A stretch of DNA of 64,000 nucleotides from an uncultured Acidobacteriota bacterium. Lineage in GTDB: Bacteria; Acidobacteriota; UBA6911. The notes beneath the pieces are model-generated. The model was given only the letters and a program-made list of their open reading frames with translations. It was not told the DNA's origin and made no database searches. Of the stretch, positions 7,891-16,573 are shown in pieces. A program made the position numbers and the translations under genes. The stretch is taken from assembly GCA_963827655.1 (NCBI GenBank), contig CAWHCF010000050.1, positions 64,001 through 128,000 on the forward strand, in the 5' to 3' direction. The number at the start of each line of letters is the position of its first letter. Position 1 is the stretch's first letter.

Positions 7891-10884
7891 ATGAACTGTA
7901 GGTTATCCCCCATTGCCTTAGTGGTGCTCCTGTGTCTAACCCGGGGCGAAGCCCTGAGTGAGGTCGTCGCTGCCAGGCAAAACGCCAAGGTCGGCGACCC
8001 TTACCGGTTCGACGTGTGGACCACCGACAACGGCCTGCCGCAAAACTCGGTGCTGGCGATCCTGCAGACTCGGGATGGCTATCTCTGGTTGGCAACTTCC
8101 GATGGTTTGGTCCGCTTCGACGGGGTGCGGTTCACCGTCTTCAACCGGAGTAATACGAAAGGGCTCAACAGCAACCGCTTCACCGCGCTCTTCGAAGACC
8201 GCCATGGCAACCTGTGGGCCGGGACGGATGATCGCGGGCTCATCCGGTACCGGGACGGGGTGTTTACTCCCTACACGACCGCAGACGGACTGCCGGATTA
8301 CTGGGTCTGGGCGATCCGTGAGGATCAAGACGGGCGACTCCTGGTGTTGACCCAGTATGGCATTGCCCAATGGCAGGGCGCCAGGTTCGGGCCCTTCACT
8401 CCGGCCGAGGGCCTGCCGAGGCACCCTTCTCAATGGGAGCAGCGATTTGCGGGCCTCTCTTTTTACGACGCGGCCGGGGTCCACCACTTCCAGGGGGCGG
8501 GCTACCGGACCTATACCATGAAGGATGGTCTGTCGAGCCTTGACATCTTGTCGATCTATGAAGACCGCCACGGCGCCCTCTGGGTTGATACCGCACGGGC
8601 AGGCCTGAACAGGTTGAAGGACGGCGTGGTTACCGTCTATCAGACTCAGGGCCAACTTAAGAATGCGAGGGCAGTCTGTGAAGACCACAGCGGCGGCTTG
8701 TGGATCGTCGCCGATGACGGCCTGAGCCGCCTGAAAGACGGCCAACTCACGTCGTACGGCGCGGCTGCCGGGCTCACCAGTAAAGGTGTGATCACCGTCT
8801 ATGTTGACCGGGAGGGGGTTGCATGGCTGGGCACTAAAAGTGACGGCCTCTACCGGGCACGGAGCGTGGCCGTCACCGCGTATTCCAGGCAAGACGGCCT
8901 CGCTGGAAACAATGTCTACGCTATTCACGAGGACCGCGCGGGCGCCATCTGGATTGGCACCTGGGATGGCGGCCTGAGCCGGTACAAGGACGGCGCTTTC
9001 TCCCATTACACCACGAAGGACGGGCTTTCCAGCGACTTGATCAACGCCCTCTACGAGGATCGTGAAGGGGCACTGTGGGTTGGTACTCACGACCAGGGGG
9101 TGAACCGGCTTGACAAAGGCCGCTTCACCACCTTTAACAAGCGCGACGGCCTTACGGATAACACCATTCTGGCTATCTACCAGGACCGCGCCGGGAACCT
9201 CTGGTTCGGCACGCCGAGCGGCCTGAACAGATATAAGGACGGGTCGTTCACCGTCTACTCGACCGCCGACGGTCTGGTCCACCGGAAGGTACAAGCCATC
9301 CACGAGGACCGCGCCGGCAACCTCTGGCTCGGCACGCTGGGCGGCCTCAGCCGCCTGCGCGACGGCAAGTTCACCTCCTATACGGAGCAAGACGGCCTCT
9401 CGAGTAATCACGTCCGGTCGATCTACGAGGACAGCGACGGCACGCTCTGGGTTGGCACTTATGACGGCGGTCTGAACCGGCTCAAGGACGGGAGGATTAC
9501 CGCCTACACCGTCAGGGAAGGCCTCTTCAACAACGGCGTCTTTCAGATCCTGGAAGACAACCGCGGAAACCTCTGGATGAGTTGCAACCAGGGCATCTAC
9601 CGGGTCAGCAAAAAAGAGTTGAATGATTTCGCCGCGGGGCGAACACGGTCCATCATCTCTGTAGCCTACGGCAAGAGCGACGGCATGCTCAACTCCGAGT
9701 GTAATGGCGGCCGCCAGCCGGCAGGGGTGAAGGCGCGGGATGGCCGGCTCTGGTTCCCCACTCAGGCGGGGGTGGCTGTGGTCGACCCCGAGGCGGCGTC
9801 GATGAGCACCCAGCCGCCACCCGTGGTGATCGAACAGTTCATCCTGGACAAGGAGCCGGTCGCGCTGGAACGCGAAGTGCGGATCCTCCCGCGCAAGGAG
9901 AATCTCGAGATTCATTACACCGGGCTGAGCCTGATCAGGCCGGAGCATATCAGGTTCAAATACAAGCTGGAGGGCCTGGACCACGATTGGGTCGAGGCCG
10001 GTCACCGTCGCACCGCCTATTACTCGCATGTCCCGCCGGGCCAGTACACCTTTACCGTGATCGCCGCCAACAGCGACGGCGTGTGGAACATCGAAGGGCC
10101 CCGCATTCCGATCGTGGTGGTCCCGCCCTTCTGGCACACCTGGTGGTTTCGCTCGCTGGCACTGGTGGGGCTGGCCGGCGTCGTGGTTCTGGCGCACCGG
10201 CGGCGAGTCGCGCAACTGAAGCGGGCTCATGCGGCGCAGGAGGCGTTCTCGCGGCAGTTGATCGAGTCGCAGGAGCGCGAGCGCCAAAGGATCGCGGCGG
10301 AACTGCACGACAGCCTGAGCCAGAGTATGGTCATCATCAAGAACCGGGCCGTGCTGAGCTTGAGCGCGCCCGACGATCACCAGCGGGCCTTCGAGCAGCT
10401 GGACGAAATCGCGGGAGCGGCCAGCCACGCCATCGACGAGGTGAAAGAGATCGCATACGCGTTGCGCCCTTACCACCTGGACCGGCTCGGCCTGACCAAG
10501 GCCATTGAAGCCATGCTCAAGAAGGTCTCTGACGCGAACGGGGTGAGCTTCTCGGCTGACATCGACCCGATCGACGGGCTCTTTCCTCCTGAAGCCGAGA
10601 TCAACCTCTATCGCATCCTGCAGGAGGGGGTCAACAACGTCGTCAAGCACGCCCAGGCCACGGAGGCGAAGGTGACGATCAAGAAGTCGGCGCACGGGGT
10701 GGATTTGACCATTCAGGATAACGGCCGCGGGTTCACGCCGGGCGTGCCGGCGAGTGCCGAGGCCGGCCGTGGCGGCTTCGGCCTGATCAGCATCGCGGAG
10801 CGCGCCCGCCTCCTCGGGGGGCAGCCGGTGATCCAGTCCGTGCCAGGGGCGGGCACGACGATTTCGGTCAGGCTTGGTTTCTAG
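7891..10884 (+). CDS. Sensor histidine kinase with Reg_prop beta-propeller, Y_Y_Y, HisKA_3 and HATPase domains
   Basis: Repeated GL.SN.V.AIYEDR.G.LW.GT units, Y_Y_Y region, TM helix, ERQRIAAELHDSLSQ, QEGVNNVVKHA, DNGRGF. Confidence 0.95.
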   Translation: MNCRLSPIALVVLLCLTRGEALSEVVAARQNAKVGDPYRFDVWTTDNGLPQNSVLAILQTRDGYLWLATSDGLVRFDGVRFTVFNRSNTKGLNSNRFTALFEDRHGNLWAGTDDRGLIRYRDGVFTPYTTADGLPDYWVWAIREDQDGRLLVLTQYGIAQWQGARFGPFTPAEGLPRHPSQWEQRFAGLSFYDAAGVHHFQGAGYRTYTMKDGLSSLDILSIYEDRHGALWVDTARAGLNRLKDGVVTVYQTQGQLKNARAVCEDHSGGLWIVADDGLSRLKDGQLTSYGAAAGLTSKGVITVYVDREGVAWLGTKSDGLYRARSVAVTAYSRQDGLAGNNVYAIHEDRAGAIWIGTWDGGLSRYKDGAFSHYTTKDGLSSDLINALYEDREGALWVGTHDQGVNRLDKGRFTTFNKRDGLTDNTILAIYQDRAGNLWFGTPSGLNRYKDGSFTVYSTADGLVHRKVQAIHEDRAGNLWLGTLGGLSRLRDGKFTSYTEQDGLSSNHVRSIYEDSDGTLWVGTYDGGLNRLKDGRITAYTVREGLFNNGVFQILEDNRGNLWMSCNQGIYRVSKKELNDFAAGRTRSIISVAYGKSDGMLNSECNGGRQPAGVKARDGRLWFPTQAGVAVVDPEAASMSTQPPPVVIEQFILDKEPVALEREVRILPRKENLEIHYTGLSLIRPEHIRFKYKLEGLDHDWVEAGHRRTAYYSHVPPGQYTFTVIAANSDGVWNIEGPRIPIVVVPPFWHTWWFRSLALVGLAGVVVLAHRRRVAQLKRAHAAQEAFSRQLIESQERERQRIAAELHDSLSQSMVIIKNRAVLSLSAPDDHQRAFEQLDEIAGAASHAIDEVKEIAYALRPYHLDRLGLTKAIEAMLKKVSDANGVSFSADIDPIDGLFPPEAEINLYRILQEGVNNVVKHAQATEAKVTIKKSAHGVDLTIQDNGRGFTPGVPASAEAGRGGFGLISIAERARLLGGQPVIQSVPGAGTTISVRLGF

Positions 10885-10894
10885 GGGGACTGAG

Positions 10895-11548
10895 ATGGAA
10901 GGTGAAATCCGGATCCTGATTGCCGACGACCATCCGATCGTCCGCCAGGGTTTGCGCCACACGATCGGTCTCGACCCTCGCTTGAAGGTGGTGGCCGAGG
11001 CCAGCGACGGTCGCGCCGCGCTCGAGCAGATCCGGACGCTCCAGCCGGAGATTGCTGTCCTTGATATTAATATGCCGCAACTCGACGGCTTCGCCGTGGC
11101 CCGCGCCGTCCGGGAGCAGCGGCTCCCGGTCAAGATTATTTTCCTGACCGTCTACCGCGAGGAGACCTTCTTCGACGAGGCCCTGGACCTGGGCGCGAAG
11201 GGCTACGTCCTCAAGGACAGCGCCGTCGCCGAAATCGCCGGCAGCATCAGGGCGGTGGCCGCCGGAGATTACTACGCCAGCCCGGCCATGACGTCCTACC
11301 TGATCAAGCGGAGCGCGCCCGGCGCCGGGCGCGGCCCGCAGAAGCCCGGGCTCGACGACCTGACCCCGACCGAGCGGCGCATTCTCAAGCTGATCGCCGA
11401 ATACAAGACCAGCCGGGAGATCGCCGAGGCACTCTTCATCAGCTACCGCACGGTTCAGACGCACCGCGCCAACATCTGCACCAAGCTGGAGATCCAGGGC
11501 AACCACGCCCTGATGAAATTCGCCCTCGACCACAAGTCCCAACTCTGA
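10895..11548 (+). CDS. NarL/LuxR-family response regulator
   Basis: ADDHPIVRQG, LDINMP, KGYVLK, LTPTERRIL...TVQTHRANI HTH. Confidence 0.95.
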   Translation: MEGEIRILIADDHPIVRQGLRHTIGLDPRLKVVAEASDGRAALEQIRTLQPEIAVLDINMPQLDGFAVARAVREQRLPVKIIFLTVYREETFFDEALDLGAKGYVLKDSAVAEIAGSIRAVAAGDYYASPAMTSYLIKRSAPGAGRGPQKPGLDDLTPTERRILKLIAEYKTSREIAEALFISYRTVQTHRANICTKLEIQGNHALMKFALDHKSQL

Positions 11549-11625
11549 TCGACTTCGAAAATCACTACAAGCGTTTGAACAATTACCGACGAAGACACGC
11601 TGCTTCGCCACGCCGACTAAGCACA

Positions 11626-11671
11626 AGTGCGTAGCAAAAATACGCACTCCCGCCTAGCCGAAAATACGCAC
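11626..11671 (+). promoter_or_regulatory. Putative regulator binding site: AGTGCGTA-N7-TACGCACT inverted repeat plus a second AAAATACGCAC half-site
   Basis: Perfect 8-bp inverted repeat at 11626-11648; TACGCAC repeated 24 bp downstream; lies between the regulator and the next gene. Confidence 0.5.
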
Positions 11672-11774
11672 AAGGCTCGATACCCAAGCCCGGCGCGCCT
11701 GGGCATACTGCACCGGTTCTGAGCGGTTTGGCTCATCCGAAGACACATGCCAATGAAGTGAAAGGAGCACAGAG

Positions 11775-12821
11775 ATGAGAAAAGATAACCTGAGAAGGAA
11801 AGGCTTGAAGAACGCGCTGCTGCTGGCGGCGGTAATCGGTTTATCGGTCACTGCCGGCGCGGCCCAAGGACCGCCCGGACCTCCGGGACCTCCGGGACCC
11901 CAAGGACCTCCAGGGCCCCCAGGTGGGCGTCTCGACCCTCTACTGGTCGCGACTCTGCGCTGGGATCAGGCGCCCTTGGCCTACGGAGACTTCGCCGTGG
12001 GCGATCCCAAAACTGGGCAGCCCAACCCATCTGGGGTCGCCTTCGATGGGACGAACGTCTGGGTGACGAACTCTTTGAACAATACCGTGACCAAGCTGCG
12101 GGCCAGCGACGGCCAGCAGCTCGGGACCTTCGCCGTGGGCGGCTCGCCAAATGGGGTGGCCTTCGATGGCAAGAACGTCTGGGTGACAAACAGTGGCAGG
12201 GACACCGTGACCAGGCTGCAGGCCAGCGACGGCCAGCAGCTCGGGACCTTCGGCGTAGGGGCGCTCCCCTCTGCTGTTGCCTTTGACGGTGCGAACGTCT
12301 GGGTTGCCTGTCTCGGCGGTGTGGCCAAGCTGCGCGCCAGCGACGGCCAGCAGCTCGGGATCTTCGCTATAGACCCGACGTCTGCCAACCTTGGGGTGGC
12401 CTTTGATGGCGTGAATGTCTGGGTGACGACCATTTACAGCAACACTGTGACCAAGCTGCGCGCCAGCGACGGCACATTCCTCGGCACCTTCCCTGTAGGG
12501 ATCAGGCCTCATGGGGTGGCGTTTGACGGGACCAGCGTCTGGGTGGTGAACCAGGGCAGCAGCACCGTGACCAAGCTGCGCGCCAGCGACGGCGCATTGC
12601 TCGGCACCTTCCCTGTAGCGACCTTTCCTTATGGGGTGGCATTTGACGGAGCCAATGTCTGGGTGACGAGCCACGGCAGCAATAGGGTGATCAAGCTGCG
12701 GGCCAGCGACGGCCAGCACCTGGAGACCATCCCGGTGGGCATGGGACCACTTGGAGTGGCCTTTGACGGCACGAGCATCTGGGTGGCCAACTATAGCGGT
12801 CAGACAGTTTCAAAGCGGTAG
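11775..12821 (+). CDS. Secreted collagen-like (GPP)n + YVTN/YncE-type beta-propeller protein
   Basis: Signal peptide, GPPGPPGPPGPQGPPGPPG, then seven ~40-aa repeats P.GVAFDG.NVWV.N....TVTKLRASDG..LGTF.VG. AAGGAG RBS. Confidence 0.85.
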   Translation: MRKDNLRRKGLKNALLLAAVIGLSVTAGAAQGPPGPPGPPGPQGPPGPPGGRLDPLLVATLRWDQAPLAYGDFAVGDPKTGQPNPSGVAFDGTNVWVTNSLNNTVTKLRASDGQQLGTFAVGGSPNGVAFDGKNVWVTNSGRDTVTRLQASDGQQLGTFGVGALPSAVAFDGANVWVACLGGVAKLRASDGQQLGIFAIDPTSANLGVAFDGVNVWVTTIYSNTVTKLRASDGTFLGTFPVGIRPHGVAFDGTSVWVVNQGSSTVTKLRASDGALLGTFPVATFPYGVAFDGANVWVTSHGSNRVIKLRASDGQHLETIPVGMGPLGVAFDGTSIWVANYSGQTVSKR

Positions 12822-12841
12822 CAGTCATCAAATGAACAGGC

Positions 12842-12886
12842 TGCCCCGCCCCGGGTTTTGGCGCCGGTTATCCCGGGGCGGCATTT
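12842..12886 (+). terminator. Possible terminator hairpin
   Basis: GCCCCGGG...CCCGGGGC stem just after the 12821 stop; weak U-tract. Confidence 0.35.
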
Positions 12887-13171
12887 CGAAAGGGACTCAG
12901 GACCGCCGGCCGTAACTCGCGGCCGGCTGACCTGACGCAAGGGAAGAATCGCGCGAAGCCTGCCTTCCTGGAATTCTGATTACTGGACGCTTCACCGACT
13001 CCCATCTGCAGTAGCGAAGGTCCTCAAGAGCTTCCCAGCCTCTGAATTGGGCTTTTGTGCCAAGAATGCTGGACGATCGGTCAAGTATTCAAGGCCTTGC
13101 CAGCCGTCTATTAGGGTGGATCGCGACGAGCACGATCCAGAGACAGGTGAATCTAATTAAGGAGAAAACGC

Positions 13172-13266
13172 ATGCCGCTGTATATGGATACTCACCAGCA
13201 TATCGAAGGGCTAACCGCAGATGCCGTAGCCCACGCCCATGAAGCCGACCTGAAGACGCAGGAGAA
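13172..13266 (+). pseudogene. Truncated DUF4242 (SCO4226-like nickel-binding) gene
   Basis: Strong AAGGAG RBS. MPLYMDTHQHIEGLTADAVAHAHEADLKTQE matches the family N-terminus, then the sequence diverges (ORF stops at 13363). Confidence 0.65.
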
Positions 13267-13522
13267 TTGGCCGTCTGTTCAGAAAACCACATGGTTCTCC
13301 CAACCCAACGAGGATCGGCGAGGTCCGGAAACACGGATTCACCCTGCCGGCGGAGCTGGCTGACGCCTACGGAATCCCGACGGGAAGGATCGATCCGGGG
13401 CGTGGCGGCGCGGTTTGGGGAAAGAGAACCACGCCCATATCAGGGCGTGGGAATACAATCAGAATGCTTGCAGGATGACAGTATAATTCCGCTTGAAGCA
13501 AAGACTTCGGAAGGGGGCGACA

Positions 13523-15980
13523 GTGAATGAGGATCTTCGGCGTCTAGTGCACGACAGACTCAGTTCGAAAGGACTGTTGCAGAAGAATTGGAGCAGTCTT
13601 GTTCTCGCCGCGTGCGAGAGTCGTGAAGCGATCGACAATCTCCTCGATGACGCAAAAGCGGCGACGAAATCTGCCGCACCATCGGCACCACAAACACATA
13701 CCGGCGCCTATCTGACTTCTCTGACGGTTCAGGGCTTCCGAGGCATTGGACCGAAACAGACTCTATCATTTGCCACCGGTCCCGGCTTGACGATCGTCGT
13801 CGGTCGCAATGGATCCGGCAAATCGAGTTTTGCGGAGGCGTTGGAGGTGCTATTCACACGCGACAGCAAGCGGTGGTCCGAGCGACCGAAGATCTGGAAG
13901 GATGGCTGGCGCAATCTTCATCACTCGCATGCCGCCGCCGTCGAAGCAGAAGTGCACCTGGAAGGGCAGGGGTCCGCCAAAGTCACTTGTGCCTGGGATG
14001 ATGGCGCTCCATTCGAAGCGCAGAAGGTCACAGTGCAGCCGAAGGGGAAACCCAAAACCTCCATGGAGGCCCTTGGTTGGCAAAACGCCCTCACATCCTA
14101 CCGTCCCTTTCTCTCTTACAACGAGCTAGCCTCGATGCTGGACGAAGGACCGTCCAAGCTGTACGACGCCCTCTCGCTGGTGCTGGGCCTCGCGGATCTT
14201 GTTGATGCGCAAGCCGCTCTCGCGAAATGCCGCCTTGAACGCACAAAGGCTTACGACGTGGCCAATCGAGACCGGGAAGCGCTCGTGGAAGGCCTCAAAG
14301 CACTGCTGGAGCAGGAAGCCGATGACCGGGCGTCGGCCTGCCTCGATGCCCTGACATCCAAATCCGTGGGGACTCGACACGCTTGAGCGCAATGTTATGA
14401 CCGGTCCTGAGCCAACGGCGGATCAGGATATCGCCATCCTGATGCGCACCCTTTCTCTGGAGTCTCCCGATCCCGATCGCGTGATTGCAGCCGTCGCTGC
14501 GCTTCGTCTGGCTGACCAGAAGCTGAAGGCCGTGGCCGGCACCGACGCCGAAACCTCGCGCAAGCTCGCACTGCTGTTGGAGGCCTCGCTCGCGTTTCAC
14601 GCCGATCACGGAGACGGGGATTGTCCGGTGTGTGGAAGTGAAGGGCGGCTGACACAGACGTGGGCCAAGGCAGCGCGTGACCAGGTCACACGCCTTCGCA
14701 GCCTTGCTTCGGAGAGCGATCAAGCCCATCGATCCGCTCAAGATGCCACACGAACGGCGCGAGAATTGCTCGCCGCGCCACCAAAGTTCCTGACGCAATT
14801 AGTTGAAATCGGCCTCGCGGGACTGGACGTCGCTCGTGAACAATGGGATGCCTGGCATGCGGGTTCGTCCGGGAACGACCTGGCTGCTCTGGCTGCCCAT
14901 CTCGAAGGGCTTCATGAAGTCCTGGCGCGAGCAATCGAGGCGCTTAAGAGGTCAGCAGCCGCGGAACTGCGGCGCCGCGAGGATCGGTGGCGGCCCACTG
15001 CGACGGCAATTTCCGGATGGATCAAGACCGCTCGACTCGCGCGTGCCGGAGCCGAGCCTCTTCCCCGGATCAGGGCGGCTGAAGAGTGGCTGAAGGACGT
15101 CTCTGCGGATATTCGGAACGAACGCTTCGCGCCCATCGCGGACAAAGCCATGACCACCTGGGAACACCTTCGGCAGCACAGCAACGTGACCCTGGGACGA
15201 ATCGAGCTCGCGGGCGCCGGGAACCAGCGGCGGGTGACGCTCGACGTGACGGTCGAAGGTGTGCGAGGCGCGGCGCTTGGTGTGATGAGTCAGGGCGAGT
15301 TGCATTCGTTGGCGCTGAGCTTATTCCTCCCGAGAGCCACCTTGCCAGAGAGCCCTTTTCGTTTCGTGGTGATCGACGATCCGGTGCAGTCGATGGATCC
15401 GAGTCGTGTGGATGGTCTCGCCAGAGCGTTCGAGGAGACGGCGCGCACACGGCAGGTAATCGTCTTCACGCACGACGATCGACTGACTGAGGCCGTTCGA
15501 CGGTTGAGGATCAAGAGCACGATCCTCAGCGTCACTCGCCGGCCGAAGTCCGTAGTTGAAGTCAGACCCGCTCTTGATCCCGTCCAGGCTCACATCGAAG
15601 ATGCGCTGGCTTTAGTTCACACGACCGAACTGCCGCCTAAAATCTTGTGCATGGTCGTGCCAGGGTATTGTCGGGCCGCACTCGAAGCGTCGTTCATCAC
15701 CGTAGTCCGTCGGCGACGGCTGGCTCAGGGTGGCCTCCATGCCGAAGTCGAGGAAGAACTGACGCGGGCGGGAAAACTGACGCCGCTTGCCGCGCTGGCG
15801 CTGTTCGACGACAAGGACAAAGGCGGTGACGTGATGAGACGGCTGAAGCAGTTTGGTTCGTGGGCGGCCGATGTCTTCCAGAACGTGAAGGAAGCTGTAC
15901 ACGAAGGTACGCCAGACGATGTAAAGCAGATGATCCGGAATACAGAGAAACTCACGGCGAAGATACTGGAACTCGGGTGA
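13523..15980 (+). CDS. Rad50/SMC-like ABC ATPase with zinc hook and C-terminal HEPN-like extension; frameshift near 14365
   Basis: QGFRGIG, Walker A GRNGSGKSS, coiled coils around CPVC, signature MSQGE, Walker B IDDPVQSMD, H-loop FTHD. ORFs 13493-14386 and 14397-15980 join with one extra base (KS-WGLDTLE). Confidence 0.85.
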
Positions 15981-16348
15981 ACGTCGACCATTCTGATTTG
16001 GTGAGGGCTGCGCGAGATCTGGTCGAGCGCGCCGATCCCATGACGGCAGGAATCTGGCCGCGCGCGACAGCGTTTCTCGCGAGGCAAGCCCTGGAAGCAG
16101 CCCTGGACGAACTCTGGCGCCGCCGCGCTCCGGGCATGGAGGAATGCTCCGCGCGTGCGCAGCTGCTCTGTCTCCCGTCGTATCTTCATCACGGCGATGA
16201 AGCGCTTGCCGAGCGAGTGTCATACGCGTGGGCTGGACTCAGCCGAGCCTGTCACCAGCATGCCTATGAATTGCCTCCGACATCGTCCGAGTTGCTCGGT
16301 TGGATTGCGACCGTCGAACAACTGATTGCGCGCGTCACGGCCGCGTGA
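15977..16348 (+). CDS. Small HEPN-like protein (123 aa), coupled to the ATPase
   Basis: GTGA start/stop overlap at 15977-15980; AFLARQALEAAL N-terminal helix and RACHQH (Rx4H) motif. Confidence 0.65.
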   Translation: MNVDHSDLVRAARDLVERADPMTAGIWPRATAFLARQALEAALDELWRRRAPGMEECSARAQLLCLPSYLHHGDEALAERVSYAWAGLSRACHQHAYELPPTSSELLGWIATVEQLIARVTAA

Positions 16349-16458
16349 GTGTCCCGACTCGGTTGGGATAACAGCAGGATGTCTTCCACCTCCCGGCGGG
16401 GATTGAAGACGTTCCTCGTCGCACACTGCGGTAGCAGCACCGTGGGTCATTGGAGCAG

Positions 16459-16505
16459 GTGTCTTTGAGTCTCGGAGATAGCTCTAACCACGAAGACACG
16501 AAGAC
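16459..16505. repeat. Nonamer-periodic inverted repeat (ACCACGAAGACACGAAG family)
   Basis: GTGTCTTTGAGTCT...TAACCACGAAGACACGAAGAC; at least nine related copies in the window. Confidence 0.7.
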
Positions 16506-16573
16506 AAACAAATTGATGGACTTGATGCTTCCCGAGAACTAGCATGATTTTTTACAAATCAAGGGAGCCAACC

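Noticed and set aside
7936-11133. 1065-aa minus-strand ORF and similar long antisense ORFs (e.g. 29162-30682, 41459-43075, 44307-45977)
   Set aside because: Antisense shadows of well-supported genes in GC-rich DNA; no recognisable motifs.
12020-12800. Regularly spaced ~120-bp DNA repeats that could suggest a CRISPR array
   Set aside because: They are in-frame coding repeats of beta-propeller blades, with no unique spacers and no cas genes.
14360-14390. Programmed ribosomal frameshift in the ATPase
   Set aside because: No slippery heptamer, and six other unrelated genes show similar single-base breaks.
13523-15980. Housekeeping SbcC/RecN/SMC assignment
   Set aside because: No sbcD or scpAB neighbour; an extra C-terminal domain and a coupled HEPN-like gene argue against it.
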